This document shows positions 36,824 to 45,621 of a stretch of DNA of 49,607 nucleotides, piece by piece. Below the pieces are notes generated by a model that was given only the letters and a program-made list of their open reading frames with translations, had not been told where the DNA came from and searched no databases. The position numbers and the translations under genes are program-made. This stretch comes from Thermoplasmata archaeon (GTDB lineage: Archaea > Thermoplasmatota > Thermoplasmata > UBA10834): contig JACZKW010000104.1 in the NCBI GenBank assembly GCA_014859835.1, positions 1 to 49,607 of the forward strand, in the 5' to 3' direction. Every line of letters starts with the position of its first letter. The stretch's first letter is position 1.

Positions 36824-38038
36824 ATGACAGCCAGCTCCAAGAGAAGGGTGTATTTCGACCATAGCGCGACTTCTCAGGTCTTGCCAGAGGTCTTGGAAGC
36901 CATGCTGCCCTTCTTCAGAGAGCGCTTCGGCAATGCATCGAGCATTCATTCCTATGGGCGGGAAGCAAAGGCATCCATGGAGCTCGCTAGGAAGCATGTC
37001 GCCGCCCTGATCAACGCAGACCCGAGGGATATCGTTTTCACATCAGGAGGTACAGAATCGGACAACCTTGCATTGAAGGGAGTCGCGATGTACAAGGGTC
37101 GGACAGAAGGACACATCATAACCAGCGTGATCGAGCACCCTGCAATCCTTGAATCGTGCGAGTATCTGGAGCGTGTAGGTTTCGATATCACCAAACTGCC
37201 AGTCACCAGAGAAGGGCTTGTGGACCCTGCTGAATTGGAGAGGGCGATCAGGGGCGACACAGCACTCATATCCATCATGGCAGCGAACAACGAGATCGGA
37301 ACGATTCAGCCGATCAATGAAATAGGAAGGATCGCGCAGTCCAAAGGGATCCCGTTCCACACGGATGCGGTACAGGCCGTTGGAAAGATGCCAATCGATG
37401 TGAAAAAGGACGGCATGGACCTCTTATCACTCTCCTCGCACAAGCTACACGGACCCAAAGGCGTTGGGGCGCTGTATGTTAAGAAGGGCATCAAGATAGA
37501 ACCGATGATGCACGGCGGAGGGCACGAGCACGGATTGAGATCCTCGACGGAGAATGTGCCGGGAATAATCGGTCTGGGCAAGGCCGCGGAGCTTGCCAGA
37601 AGAGATTTCGAACCGGTGACCGATCGCATGAGATCCCTTAGAGACAAGATCATAGACAGTATCCCGCAATTGGTCGAGAGATCCTATCTGAACGGTCACA
37701 GGACCAATCGACTCGTCAATAATGCACATTTCAGGTTCGATTTCATCGAAGGTGAGGCGCTCATACTGCAGCTGGATTTCAAAGGCATCGCTGCATCCAC
37801 CGGATCTGCGTGCTCGACAGGATCCCTGGAACCGTCCCATGTACTGCTGGCACTGGGATTGACTCACGAGCAGGCGCACGGCAGCCTCAGACTCACATTG
37901 GGACGGGAAAACACCTATGAGGATGTAGATTACTTACTGGAAGCGCTACCCGGTGTGGTCTCGAAGCTGAGAGAGATATCCCCGTTCAACGAGGAAAGGC
38001 CCATGGGAGCCAGTGAGGGTGGAAGCTGTGTACACTGA
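36824..38038 (+). CDS. iscS: Group I cysteine desulfurase IscS/NifS
   Basis: YFDHSATS, FGNASSIH, FTSGGTESDN, ANNEIGT, HTDAVQ, SSHKLHGPKG and STGSACS. Confidence 0.93.
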   Translation: MTASSKRRVYFDHSATSQVLPEVLEAMLPFFRERFGNASSIHSYGREAKASMELARKHVAALINADPRDIVFTSGGTESDNLALKGVAMYKGRTEGHIITSVIEHPAILESCEYLERVGFDITKLPVTREGLVDPAELERAIRGDTALISIMAANNEIGTIQPINEIGRIAQSKGIPFHTDAVQAVGKMPIDVKKDGMDLLSLSSHKLHGPKGVGALYVKKGIKIEPMMHGGGHEHGLRSSTENVPGIIGLGKAAELARRDFEPVTDRMRSLRDKIIDSIPQLVERSYLNGHRTNRLVNNAHFRFDFIEGEALILQLDFKGIAASTGSACSTGSLEPSHVLLALGLTHEQAHGSLRLTLGRENTYEDVDYLLEALPGVVSKLREISPFNEERPMGASEGGSCVH

Positions 38039-38411
38039 GAAGGTTATGGATCACTTCGCAAATCCGAGGAATGTCGGTGAGATACCCGATGCGGATGGTA
38101 TCGGAAAGGTAGGGAATCCCCAGTGCGGAGATGTCATGTGGCTGTACATCAAGGTCAGGGATGACATCGTCACCGATATCAAGTTCAAGACCTTTGGTTG
38201 CGGAGCGGCCATCGCGACGAGTTCCATGATCACGGAGTTGGCAATTGGTAAGACCCTGGAGGAGGCCAAGAAGATATCCAGACAGGATGTCGCCGAGTCG
38301 CTCGATGGCCTGCCGCCTCAGAAGATGCACTGTTCCAACCTGGCAGCGGACGCATTGAGAAAGGCCATCGAGGATTATGAGACGAAGAAGGCAGCGAAGG
38401 CCAAGGCCTGA
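38013..38411 (+). CDS. iscU: Fe-S cluster scaffold IscU/NifU
   Basis: DHFANPRNVG, GNPQCGD, FKTFGCGAAIA and LPPQKMHCSNLA. The start may be 38028. Confidence 0.93.
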   Translation: MRVEAVYTEKVMDHFANPRNVGEIPDADGIGKVGNPQCGDVMWLYIKVRDDIVTDIKFKTFGCGAAIATSSMITELAIGKTLEEAKKISRQDVAESLDGLPPQKMHCSNLAADALRKAIEDYETKKAAKAKA

Positions 38412-38486
38412 CCCTCTTATCATCATTGAGAGGCGGACCTTTCAGTAAAGTTCTTCTAGATGTAGGGGCAATCCACAACGAAGCCC

Positions 38487-39404
38487 ATGGCGGATTTGTC
38501 AGTCGATATCTGTGGTTTGAGCCTCAAGAACCCGACGATGCTTGCCTCAGGAGTTTTGGATGAGACAGGCAAGACAATGGTTTCAGTCGCGCGCGCGGGT
38601 GCGGGCGCGTTGGTGACAAAATCAATCGGCAGAGAGCCCAGGCAAGGGCACGGCAGTCCATGCATCGTGGAGCTTGGTGACAGCCTGGTGAATGCCATGG
38701 GACTGCCCAACCCAGGCATAGATGGCTTCGGCAGGGAGCTGGAGGAAGCCAGGAAGGCGGGGGTGCCGATCATCGGGAGCGTGTTCGGAGGAGGCGAAGC
38801 CGAGATCGCAGAGATGGCTCGCTTGATGGCAGATGCGGGGGCTGATGCAATCGAACTCAATCTCAGCTGCCCCCATGCCAGAGGATTCGGCGCGGAAGTC
38901 GGCTCGACCCCCGAGATGGTGGAGAGCATCTGCAGAGCTGCCAGGAGCGGCTTGGATATACCGATGTTCGCGAAGCTGACACCTAACACCTCGTCCATCG
39001 TTGATCTGGCAAAGGCCGCGGAAAGGGGTGGCGCGGACGCGATAGTAGCGATCAATACGTTGAAGGGGATGGTCATATCGCCAGAGGCAAGGATGCCGGT
39101 CCTCGCGAATAGGTTCGGAGGACTATCTGGACCATCGATAAGACCCATCGGGGTCAGATGTGTTTATGAGATAAGGGGCGCGGTTAAAATACCGATCATT
39201 GGCGTCGGAGGAATCGAATCAGGCAACGACGCACTCGAGTACATAATGGCGGGAGCTAGCTCGGTTCAGATAGGGACAGCTGTCTGGAAGCACGGACCGG
39301 AGGTCTTCAGCAAGGTCTGTGAGGACATCTCAGAGTTCATGAATCGAAATGGCTTCGACAGGATTTTCGAGATGGTGGGGGTTGCCCATGAAGTCAAGCA
39401 TTAG
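38487..39404 (+). CDS. pyrD: Dihydroorotate dehydrogenase B, catalytic subunit
   Basis: LKNPTMLASG, NAMGLPNPG, ELNLSCPH, KLTPN, INT, GGLSG and IGVGGI. Confidence 0.93.
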   Translation: MADLSVDICGLSLKNPTMLASGVLDETGKTMVSVARAGAGALVTKSIGREPRQGHGSPCIVELGDSLVNAMGLPNPGIDGFGRELEEARKAGVPIIGSVFGGGEAEIAEMARLMADAGADAIELNLSCPHARGFGAEVGSTPEMVESICRAARSGLDIPMFAKLTPNTSSIVDLAKAAERGGADAIVAINTLKGMVISPEARMPVLANRFGGLSGPSIRPIGVRCVYEIRGAVKIPIIGVGGIESGNDALEYIMAGASSVQIGTAVWKHGPEVFSKVCEDISEFMNRNGFDRIFEMVGVAHEVKH

Positions 39405-40170
39405 GATGTTGAAGGTCTCGGAACACATCGACGAGACACCGAACATCAGGACTATCGTGCTTGACGGTTCGATCGAGGCTGAACCAGGACAGTTCGTCAT
39501 GGTTTGGGTACCAGGCGTGGACGAATTCCCTATGTCGATATCATACATCGGGGATCAGATGGGGATAACATACCAGATCGTAGGGGATGGCACCAAAGCG
39601 CTCTCCATCAAACACGTGGGTGATCTCGTTGGCATTCGAGGACCCTATGGTAAGGGATACACTCCTGTTGGCAGGAAACCGCTCGTTGTCGCTGGTGGGA
39701 CAGGCATGGCGGCACTCTCACCACTCATCGAGCGGCTCAAAGTGAATCAGTCGGAAGTCAGAGTTATTATCGGTGCTCGGACGGCCAGGGAGATTCTGTT
39801 CAGGGATCGAGCGATGAAGGTTGGTGCTGAGGTCATGATCACCACCGATGACGGGTCTGAAGGAGAGAAGGGATTCGCGACGGACATCGCTGTCCCGATT
39901 CTGCAGACCCGCGAGCATGATATCGTATACTGCTGTGGCCCTGAGCGGATGATGACGAAGCTCGCAGACAAGTGTAGCGAACTTTCGATACCGATGCAGG
40001 CATCAGTCGAGAGATTGATGAAATGCGGGATAGGGATTTGTGACTCCTGCGCCATCGATGGACTGCACGTTTGCCGGGATGGACCGGTCTTCTCGATCGA
40101 TGTTCTGAAAGGGTTCTCGGAATTTGGACGCACGAAGCTCGACGCGACCGGGCGCAGAACCGACATATGA
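39388..40170 (+). CDS. pyrK: Dihydroorotate dehydrogenase electron-transfer subunit
   Basis: PGQFVMVW, RGPYGKG, AGGTGMA, TDDGS, CGPE.M and MKCGIGICDSC...VC.DGPVF. Confidence 0.93.
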   Translation: MKSSIRMLKVSEHIDETPNIRTIVLDGSIEAEPGQFVMVWVPGVDEFPMSISYIGDQMGITYQIVGDGTKALSIKHVGDLVGIRGPYGKGYTPVGRKPLVVAGGTGMAALSPLIERLKVNQSEVRVIIGARTAREILFRDRAMKVGAEVMITTDDGSEGEKGFATDIAVPILQTREHDIVYCCGPERMMTKLADKCSELSIPMQASVERLMKCGIGICDSCAIDGLHVCRDGPVFSIDVLKGFSEFGRTKLDATGRRTDI

Positions 40171-40206
40171 ATCCGAGAACAACGCACCTTATCGTACTAA
40201 GATTCT

Positions 40207-40225
40207 TGATTTCGAATCGAAATCA
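40207..40225. promoter_or_regulatory. Perfect 9-1-9 palindrome (candidate operator)
   Basis: TGATTTCGA-A-TCGAAATCA. Confidence 0.45.
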
Positions 40226-40338
40226 TGTCTCACGCTGCACAAGTGGTACTGGCGCCTGCAGCTATTTACCATTCTATGAGCAGAATAGAAATCCTTTTTA
40301 ACTCGTGTGCATCAATGGGCGCCTCATAGAGGGATAAC

Positions 40339-40488
40339 TTGCCACAGCAAGTAACGAAATGGAACCAGAGATACGAGCAGATCGAGACTTCGTGCAGCGA
40401 GAAATACCATTGCACCCCGTGCACGTATCCGAACTGTCAGAGACAGGTCAGGTTGTCCAAGAGCGCAAAAGCATTTGGAAAGGCATGA
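40339..40488 (+). CDS. Candidate 49-aa Cys-rich small protein (below the ORF-track cutoff)
   Basis: TTG start just after GAGGGA, with BRE/TATA-like GAAATCCTTTTTAA upstream. Translation: MPQQVTKWNQRYEQIETSCSEKYHCTPCTYPNCQRQVRLSKSAKAFGKA. Confidence 0.5.
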   Translation: MPQQVTKWNQRYEQIETSCSEKYHCTPCTYPNCQRQVRLSKSAKAFGKA

Positions 40489-40523
40489 TCAGACTTGACT
40501 AAACCCTTTGAACCACCACACCA

Positions 40524-40548
40524 TCGGGCCCGAGGATCTCGGGTCCGA
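40524..40548. terminator. GC-rich hairpin between convergent genes
   Basis: TCGGGCCCGAG-GAT-CTCGGGTCCGA. Confidence 0.5.
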
Positions 40549-40551
40549 AAT

Positions 40552-41796
40552 TCATTCTTTATCTTCAGAGCAATCAGGGAGACCTAGGTCCGGCTTCAGG
40601 ATCCCATCCACTATTTTCCAGAACTCATCATCGGAGATCCGGCCATGATCCTCACCGGCACGCTTTATGGCCCGCACGATATCGCATATCTGCTCCTGGC
40701 TGGCCTTGATATCCTTCTCTTCGAGCCTGTTCACGACGATATGGGATCCAGAATGCTTGCCTAGGACCAGGCGGCGTTTATTGCCAACTTCCTCAGGGTT
40801 CACACATTCGTAGGTCAATGGGCAGTTGAGCACAGCGGCAACATGTATCCCAGATTCGTGTGAGAAAGCATTAGGGCCCACCCACGGCTGGTTAGCTGGA
40901 ATGGATAGATCCGCGGATTCGAAGACCAGTTTCGTCAAATCTGTAAGGCCTTCCGTTCGGATTCCGATATCCTTCTTATAGAGGTGCTTCAGAGCCATCA
41001 CAAGCTGCTCAAGAGACGCATTACCAGCTCGCTCCCCGATCCCTCCAACGGTCGTGGCGATCGCCTCAGCACCACTGGATAGCGCCGCTATCGAGTTGAC
41101 GACCGCGAGGCCGAAGTCGTTGTGCAGATGAGCAGAGATGGGCAGATCTATCGAGTCGCGTATCTTGCGAACGAGGTATTCGACCGCCTCGGGGCCTGCG
41201 CAGCCGAGTGTGTCGGTTATCCCCAGCCTCACCGCACCAGCCTCCGCAGATGCTTTGAAAAGGTCGAGCATGAAACCTACATCGGATCTTGTGCTGTCCT
41301 CGGAACTCATGCTCACCTTGAGGCCATGCGAACGTGCATAATCAACGGCGACCACGGCCTTTTCGATCACCTGCTCCCTGGTCATCTTCAATTTGTATCT
41401 GAGGTGAAGTTCACTGGTCGCGATGAACAGCAGGACCATATCGACATCACACTCGATCGCGGCGTCGACATCTGCCGTCAACGTTCTGGACAGGCAGAGG
41501 ATCTCTGAGTCCAGATTGAGAGAGGCTATTGACTTCACCGCCTTTCTCTCGCCATCTGAGACAGCAGGGAATCCAGCTTCGATCTGGTGCACGCGTATCT
41601 CGTCCAGTTTTCTGGCGATCGCGACTTTCTGATCGAGGGTGAAATGGATCCCAGGCATCTGTTCGCCGTCCCTCAGCGTGCTATCGTAGACGACGACATG
41701 TTCAGGAAACGCACGCTTTGAGATCGCGTTGTAAGGGCTGATAGCAGCGAACTTCACAACTGGTCGAATCCCATGCACGGTATTAATCTTGTCCAC
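40552..41796 (-). CDS. DRE-TIM synthase, homocitrate synthase/AksA-like (isopropylmalate/citramalate family)
   Basis: SPYN, DSTLRDGEQ.PG, IEAGFP, HLHNDFGLA, GERAGNA, FSHESGIH and LGKHSG. No C-terminal LeuA regulatory domain. Confidence 0.85.
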   Translation of the reverse strand: MDKINTVHGIRPVVKFAAISPYNAISKRAFPEHVVVYDSTLRDGEQMPGIHFTLDQKVAIARKLDEIRVHQIEAGFPAVSDGERKAVKSIASLNLDSEILCLSRTLTADVDAAIECDVDMVLLFIATSELHLRYKLKMTREQVIEKAVVAVDYARSHGLKVSMSSEDSTRSDVGFMLDLFKASAEAGAVRLGITDTLGCAGPEAVEYLVRKIRDSIDLPISAHLHNDFGLAVVNSIAALSSGAEAIATTVGGIGERAGNASLEQLVMALKHLYKKDIGIRTEGLTDLTKLVFESADLSIPANQPWVGPNAFSHESGIHVAAVLNCPLTYECVNPEEVGNKRRLVLGKHSGSHIVVNRLEEKDIKASQEQICDIVRAIKRAGEDHGRISDDEFWKIVDGILKPDLGLPDCSEDKE

Positions 41797-41897
41797 GACG
41801 GAGGAATGATCGATGATGAGATAGGCAGTTCTGGGCGGGTTTCATCATGACTTCATGAAAACCATAAATAGACAGTTTGTGATAGACGCCAGGCCGT

Positions 41898-41971
41898 GCC
41901 GGGGTGACAGAGCGGCCATGTGGCGGACTGCAGATCCGCATACAGGAGTTCAAATCTCCTCCCCGGCCCCA
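41898..41971 (+). tRNA. tRNA-Cys(GCA), CCA encoded, discriminator C
   Basis: GCCGGGG...GCGGA-CT-GCA-GA-TCCGC-ATAC-AGGAG-TTCAAAT-CTCCT-CCCCGGC-C-CCA. Confidence 0.93.
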
Positions 41972-42084
41972 CCCGTGTTACATTCTGGCATTGAAAAGTT
42001 TATAGTCTATCTGGCATTATCGAACCGAGAGGGCAGCTTCTTTCTGACATTGAGGCGCCAGAAACTTTGGATTGCGGTGTGGAA

Positions 42085-42459
42085 ATGAAGACACCATGTG
42101 AACTCGTTGTTGGAAAAATCCTCCCTACACTCAGGGCATCTGTTGTAAGGGAACTTTCAGGCAAGTACAGGATGAAGCAATCGGAGATCGCCAAGAAATT
42201 AGGCATCACCCAGGCATCGGTGAGCCAGTATCTCAGCTCAACGAGAGGCGGTAACGCGAAGATGCTCGAGGATTTCCCCAAGATATTAGATTATGCGGAT
42301 GAGATCTCGAAAAGGATAGTCGCCGGAGAGTCGAGATACGAGTGGTACGGCGTCCTCTGCAAGGCATGCAACGACATCCGGAGCGAGGAGCGCTTCTGCA
42401 AGATGCACAGGATATCCGCGAAGCTGAGCGGCTGCGAGATCTGCAAGAAGAAGAACTGA
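42085..42459 (+). CDS. Archaeal HTH transcriptional regulator with C-terminal Cys cluster (COG2522-like)
   Basis: PCE, MKQSEIAKKLGITQASVSQYL..RG and CKAC...C..H...C..C. Confidence 0.85.
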   Translation: MKTPCELVVGKILPTLRASVVRELSGKYRMKQSEIAKKLGITQASVSQYLSSTRGGNAKMLEDFPKILDYADEISKRIVAGESRYEWYGVLCKACNDIRSEERFCKMHRISAKLSGCEICKKKN

Positions 42460-42544
42460 GCGATTTCTTAGGAAAACATGAATAATGGGCTTGGGCATTT
42501 CGCCCAGAGCCCTGTAAATTGTTTGACTCGATTCTGCCCTATGT

Positions 42545-43348
42545 CTACTTCTCACCGAGGGTGATCTCGATCATCGTATAGGTCGTACCGTAATCGTACG
42601 CGTTCAACGAGAAGTTGTCGTCCTCGCTGAACATGCCAGGGTCAACCATTCCCTCGATGGAGATCGTGTTGTATTCGACCAGTATATCCGTTCCGGGATA
42701 CGTTTCCATTTCAGCATCGACCAGCCTGAAGGTCAGCCTGTAGTCCCCTTTGGTCAGATTTCCAGTATCCCAGTTGTAGCCATAGAGAAGCATGCCGACC
42801 TGGTTAACTTCAGCGGAATAGGCATCCGTCGTACCATCTACCCACAGACCGGATTCAGTTGTCCCGGTCCAGACTGTTTCAGCCACGGCTCCGGAATCAT
42901 CGAGCTTTTCAATCGTGAATGATGCACAGATGGTGTAGACTGAGGCCGTCGGGTCCATGCTGTCTAGCAGGATTACTTCGGTCCTGATCATATCCCCAAC
43001 CCTCCATTCATGGAGAACCAGGTTGTCAGACCAATCGGCTACGACTGCCATATCGCTGGAATTCATCATGTGCTCCTGCTCCGGGAAGCTCGGGTTCGTG
43101 TACCACGTATCGACCTCGAACAACGAGCCGTCCATGTAGATACCATTGCCAGTATCATCAACGACTACTCTCTCACCGAAGTTTATACTCTGGTTGAGAA
43201 AGAATGTGCCGGGGTCATCGGGTCTGTCTCCGTTGTGCCCACCGTTACTTCCACCCGCATTCACAGATTGTGCAGCACTGGCAGCGCCCGTGAAGGCAGC
43301 AGTCATAAGGACGACCAGCACTACAGCTGTCACACCAAATCTCTTCAT
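42545..43348 (-). CDS. Secreted hypothetical protein, paralog A
   Basis: GGGGAG RBS; signal peptide MKRFGVTAVVLVVLMTAAFTGAASA; motifs shared with the next gene. Confidence 0.85.
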   Translation of the reverse strand: MKRFGVTAVVLVVLMTAAFTGAASAAQSVNAGGSNGGHNGDRPDDPGTFFLNQSINFGERVVVDDTGNGIYMDGSLFEVDTWYTNPSFPEQEHMMNSSDMAVVADWSDNLVLHEWRVGDMIRTEVILLDSMDPTASVYTICASFTIEKLDDSGAVAETVWTGTTESGLWVDGTTDAYSAEVNQVGMLLYGYNWDTGNLTKGDYRLTFRLVDAEMETYPGTDILVEYNTISIEGMVDPGMFSEDDNFSLNAYDYGTTYTMIEITLGEK

Positions 43349-43387
43349 TTGTTTGTCTCCCCCTTTGTCTCCGACCGTCTTTGAACG

Positions 43388-43513
43388 GTCAGTATTCGTA
43401 CTGACTTGGTCTTCCGGCCGTAGCTTCTCACGAAGTAACACATCTATATTCACGATTTTGGTACAAGATTGAAACTAACAGCGCTAAAACACCGTACTGA
43501 CTGGGGGTCAGTA
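43388..43513 (-). promoter_or_regulatory. Conserved upstream element, copy 1
   Basis: TACTGACT (43399), GATTTTGGTACAAGATTGAAA (43454-43474) and GGGGGTCAGTA (43503-43513). Confidence 0.6.
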
Positions 43514-43637
43514 GAAGATACGCCCCAAATCGAAAGAGCAGACGATTAACAGAGATAAAAGAATATGAGAGGTGGTCGGCAGCCTCTGAGGCCGAGCACC
43601 AATTAAGGTTTTTCAGCGTTCTTGGATTTATTGACGC

Positions 43638-44393
43638 TTATCTGCCACCACCAGGTAGCAGGGTCATCTCGATCCAGGTCGAGCTCGAGCTGGAGTACAC
43701 ATCGGTGACATCAGTCGAGACATCATCGACACCGGTTATGGTTATTCCCTGAACCTCGGTGTTCTCGTACGGCACGTTGTCCGGCAAGGCCGAGCCGATA
43801 GAGAACGTCAATCTGTACGTTCCAGCCTTGCAATCCAGAATCCTCGTGTCCCAGTTGTATCCAAAGAGTAGCTGCCCGAGCTGGTTGACCTCTGCGGAGT
43901 ACGCATCGGTCGGGCCGTCTGCCCAGAGACCCTCAGCGACAGTTCCTTCCCAGACGGTCTTCAAGACAGCTCCGGTCTCAGGGTTGATCTCCTGGATCAT
44001 GAAGTGGGCTCTGATTGTGAAGACAGACGCCTGATGCGCGAAGTCCCACAGGATCACTTCGGTCCTGATCTTGGATCCGGCCTTGAACTGGTGAAGGACA
44101 AGGTCGTCCGACCAGTTTGCCAAAACGTCCACTGGCTCGCCGTAGGCCATCAGTTCGTTCCCGGTCGTCTCGTTCACGAATGGACCGAGGTCGAACAGGC
44201 CACCGGTGACATATATGCCTGCGGTACCGCCGACGACTTCACCGAAGCCGATATTCTGGTTCATCTCGAACCCACTCACGTCGGGCTTGTCCTTCTGATT
44301 GCCGCTATCTCCAGCGAGCACATTCACTGACATCGCAGAGAATACCAAAAGGGCCATAGCCACAACTGACGCACAAAACTTCTTTGCGTTCAT
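43638..44393 (-). CDS. Secreted hypothetical protein, paralog B
   Basis: GAGGGGGAG RBS; signal peptide; WSD.LVLH, IRTEVIL, GLW.DG.TDAYSAEVNQ.G.LL.GYNWDT and YRLTF shared with paralog A. Confidence 0.85.
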   Translation of the reverse strand: MNAKKFCASVVAMALLVFSAMSVNVLAGDSGNQKDKPDVSGFEMNQNIGFGEVVGGTAGIYVTGGLFDLGPFVNETTGNELMAYGEPVDVLANWSDDLVLHQFKAGSKIRTEVILWDFAHQASVFTIRAHFMIQEINPETGAVLKTVWEGTVAEGLWADGPTDAYSAEVNQLGQLLFGYNWDTRILDCKAGTYRLTFSIGSALPDNVPYENTEVQGITITGVDDVSTDVTDVYSSSSSTWIEMTLLPGGGR

Positions 44394-44436
44394 TTTCTCC
44401 CCCTCATTACACAGTCCGAGAGCAGCATCGTATCGA

Positions 44437-44528
44437 TACTGACTCCCGACTCCTGCTAGTAGATGCGACGTCGTCGGGGGTTAGATTATGATTCTGGTAC
44501 AAGACTAGAAATCACGCGGGGGTCAGTA
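44437..44528 (-). promoter_or_regulatory. Conserved upstream element, copy 2
   Basis: TACTGACT (44437), GATTCTGGTACAAGACTAGAAA (44490-44511) and GGGGGTCAGTA (44518-44528). Confidence 0.6.
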
Positions 44529-44690
44529 AGGCATCGACCTCACAATCGCACTATCAAGAATCCATCATTGATTACAGTGTGAAATTAAGATGCACGACCG
44601 TGGGAAAATCCAGCCCGAACATGGAGTTTACGCACTGCGTCACCAGCAACGATGATATACGAGGCGCCTCAATGCCTGTCACTGACGCAC

Positions 44691-45617
44691 ATGTCCCGAG
44701 CTAGACCGTTTCATGACATCCTTGACACCGTGGGCAATACACCTATCGTCAGGCTCAATCGGATGGCCTCGACAGAAGCCGCGGAAGTATATGCGAAGCT
44801 CGAATCGTTCAACCCCATGTCCTCAGTCAAGGACAGGATAGCCAAGGGAATGATCGAGGAAGCCGAGAGGAAGGGTAAGGTGAAGAACGGGACGACGATC
44901 ATCGAACCTACTTCGGGCAACACTGGCATCGGCCTCGCAATGGTGTGCGCGGTCAAAGGATACAGGCTCATTCTAACGATGCCCGAGACCATGAGCATAG
45001 AGAGGAGGAAGCTGCTCTCAGCCCTTGGCGCCGAGATAGTCCTCACCCCTGGCTCTGAGGGCATGATTGGCGCGGTGAAAAAAGCTACTGAAGTTTCACT
45101 AGCAACTCCTGATTCGTTCATTCCACAGCAATTCGAGAACAAAGCGAATCCGAAGACCCATCGAAAGACGACGGCAAAGGAAATCATCAGAGCAGTCCCG
45201 AACATCGACGCATTCGTAGCTGGCGTTGGGACCGGGGGCACTATAACCGGAGTAGGGAGTGTGTTGAGGAAGAAGCTCCCCGGCATCAGGATCGTGGCGG
45301 TCGAACCCGAGGAATCACCTGTTCTCTCAGGCGGACCCGCTGGCCCGCATGGGATACAGGGCATCGGCGCAGGATTCGTTCCAAAGATATTCGACGAGAG
45401 CATAGTCCAAGACATAATACGAGTATCCACGGAAAAGGCCAAGGAGACATGCAGAGACCTTGCCAGGAAGGAAGGCATCCTGGCAGGGATATCATCGGGC
45501 GCAGCCACCTACGCCGCAATCCAAATAGCAGAGGAGATGGGCAAGGGCAAGACAGTAGTAGTCCTTCTTCCCGACACTGGAGAAAGGTATTTGAGCACCG
45601 ACCTATTTGGAGAATAA
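44691..45617 (+). CDS. cysK: Cysteine synthase A (O-acetylserine sulfhydrylase)
   Basis: [53 protein letters not shown] and [10 protein letters not shown]. Confidence 0.95.
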   Translation: MSRARPFHDILDTVGNTPIVRLNRMASTEAAEVYAKLESFNPMSSVKDRIAKGMIEEAERKGKVKNGTTIIEPTSGNTGIGLAMVCAVKGYRLILTMPETMSIERRKLLSALGAEIVLTPGSEGMIGAVKKATEVSLATPDSFIPQQFENKANPKTHRKTTAKEIIRAVPNIDAFVAGVGTGGTITGVGSVLRKKLPGIRIVAVEPEESPVLSGGPAGPHGIQGIGAGFVPKIFDESIVQDIIRVSTEKAKETCRDLARKEGILAGISSGAATYAAIQIAEEMGKGKTVVVLLPDTGERYLSTDLFGE

Positions 45618-45621
45618 CTGT

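Noticed and set aside
36824-41796. nifS-nifU-nifV nitrogen-fixation cluster
   Set aside because: No nifHDK/ENB. The genes are interrupted by pyrDK and are explained by housekeeping Fe-S and 2-oxoacid metabolism.
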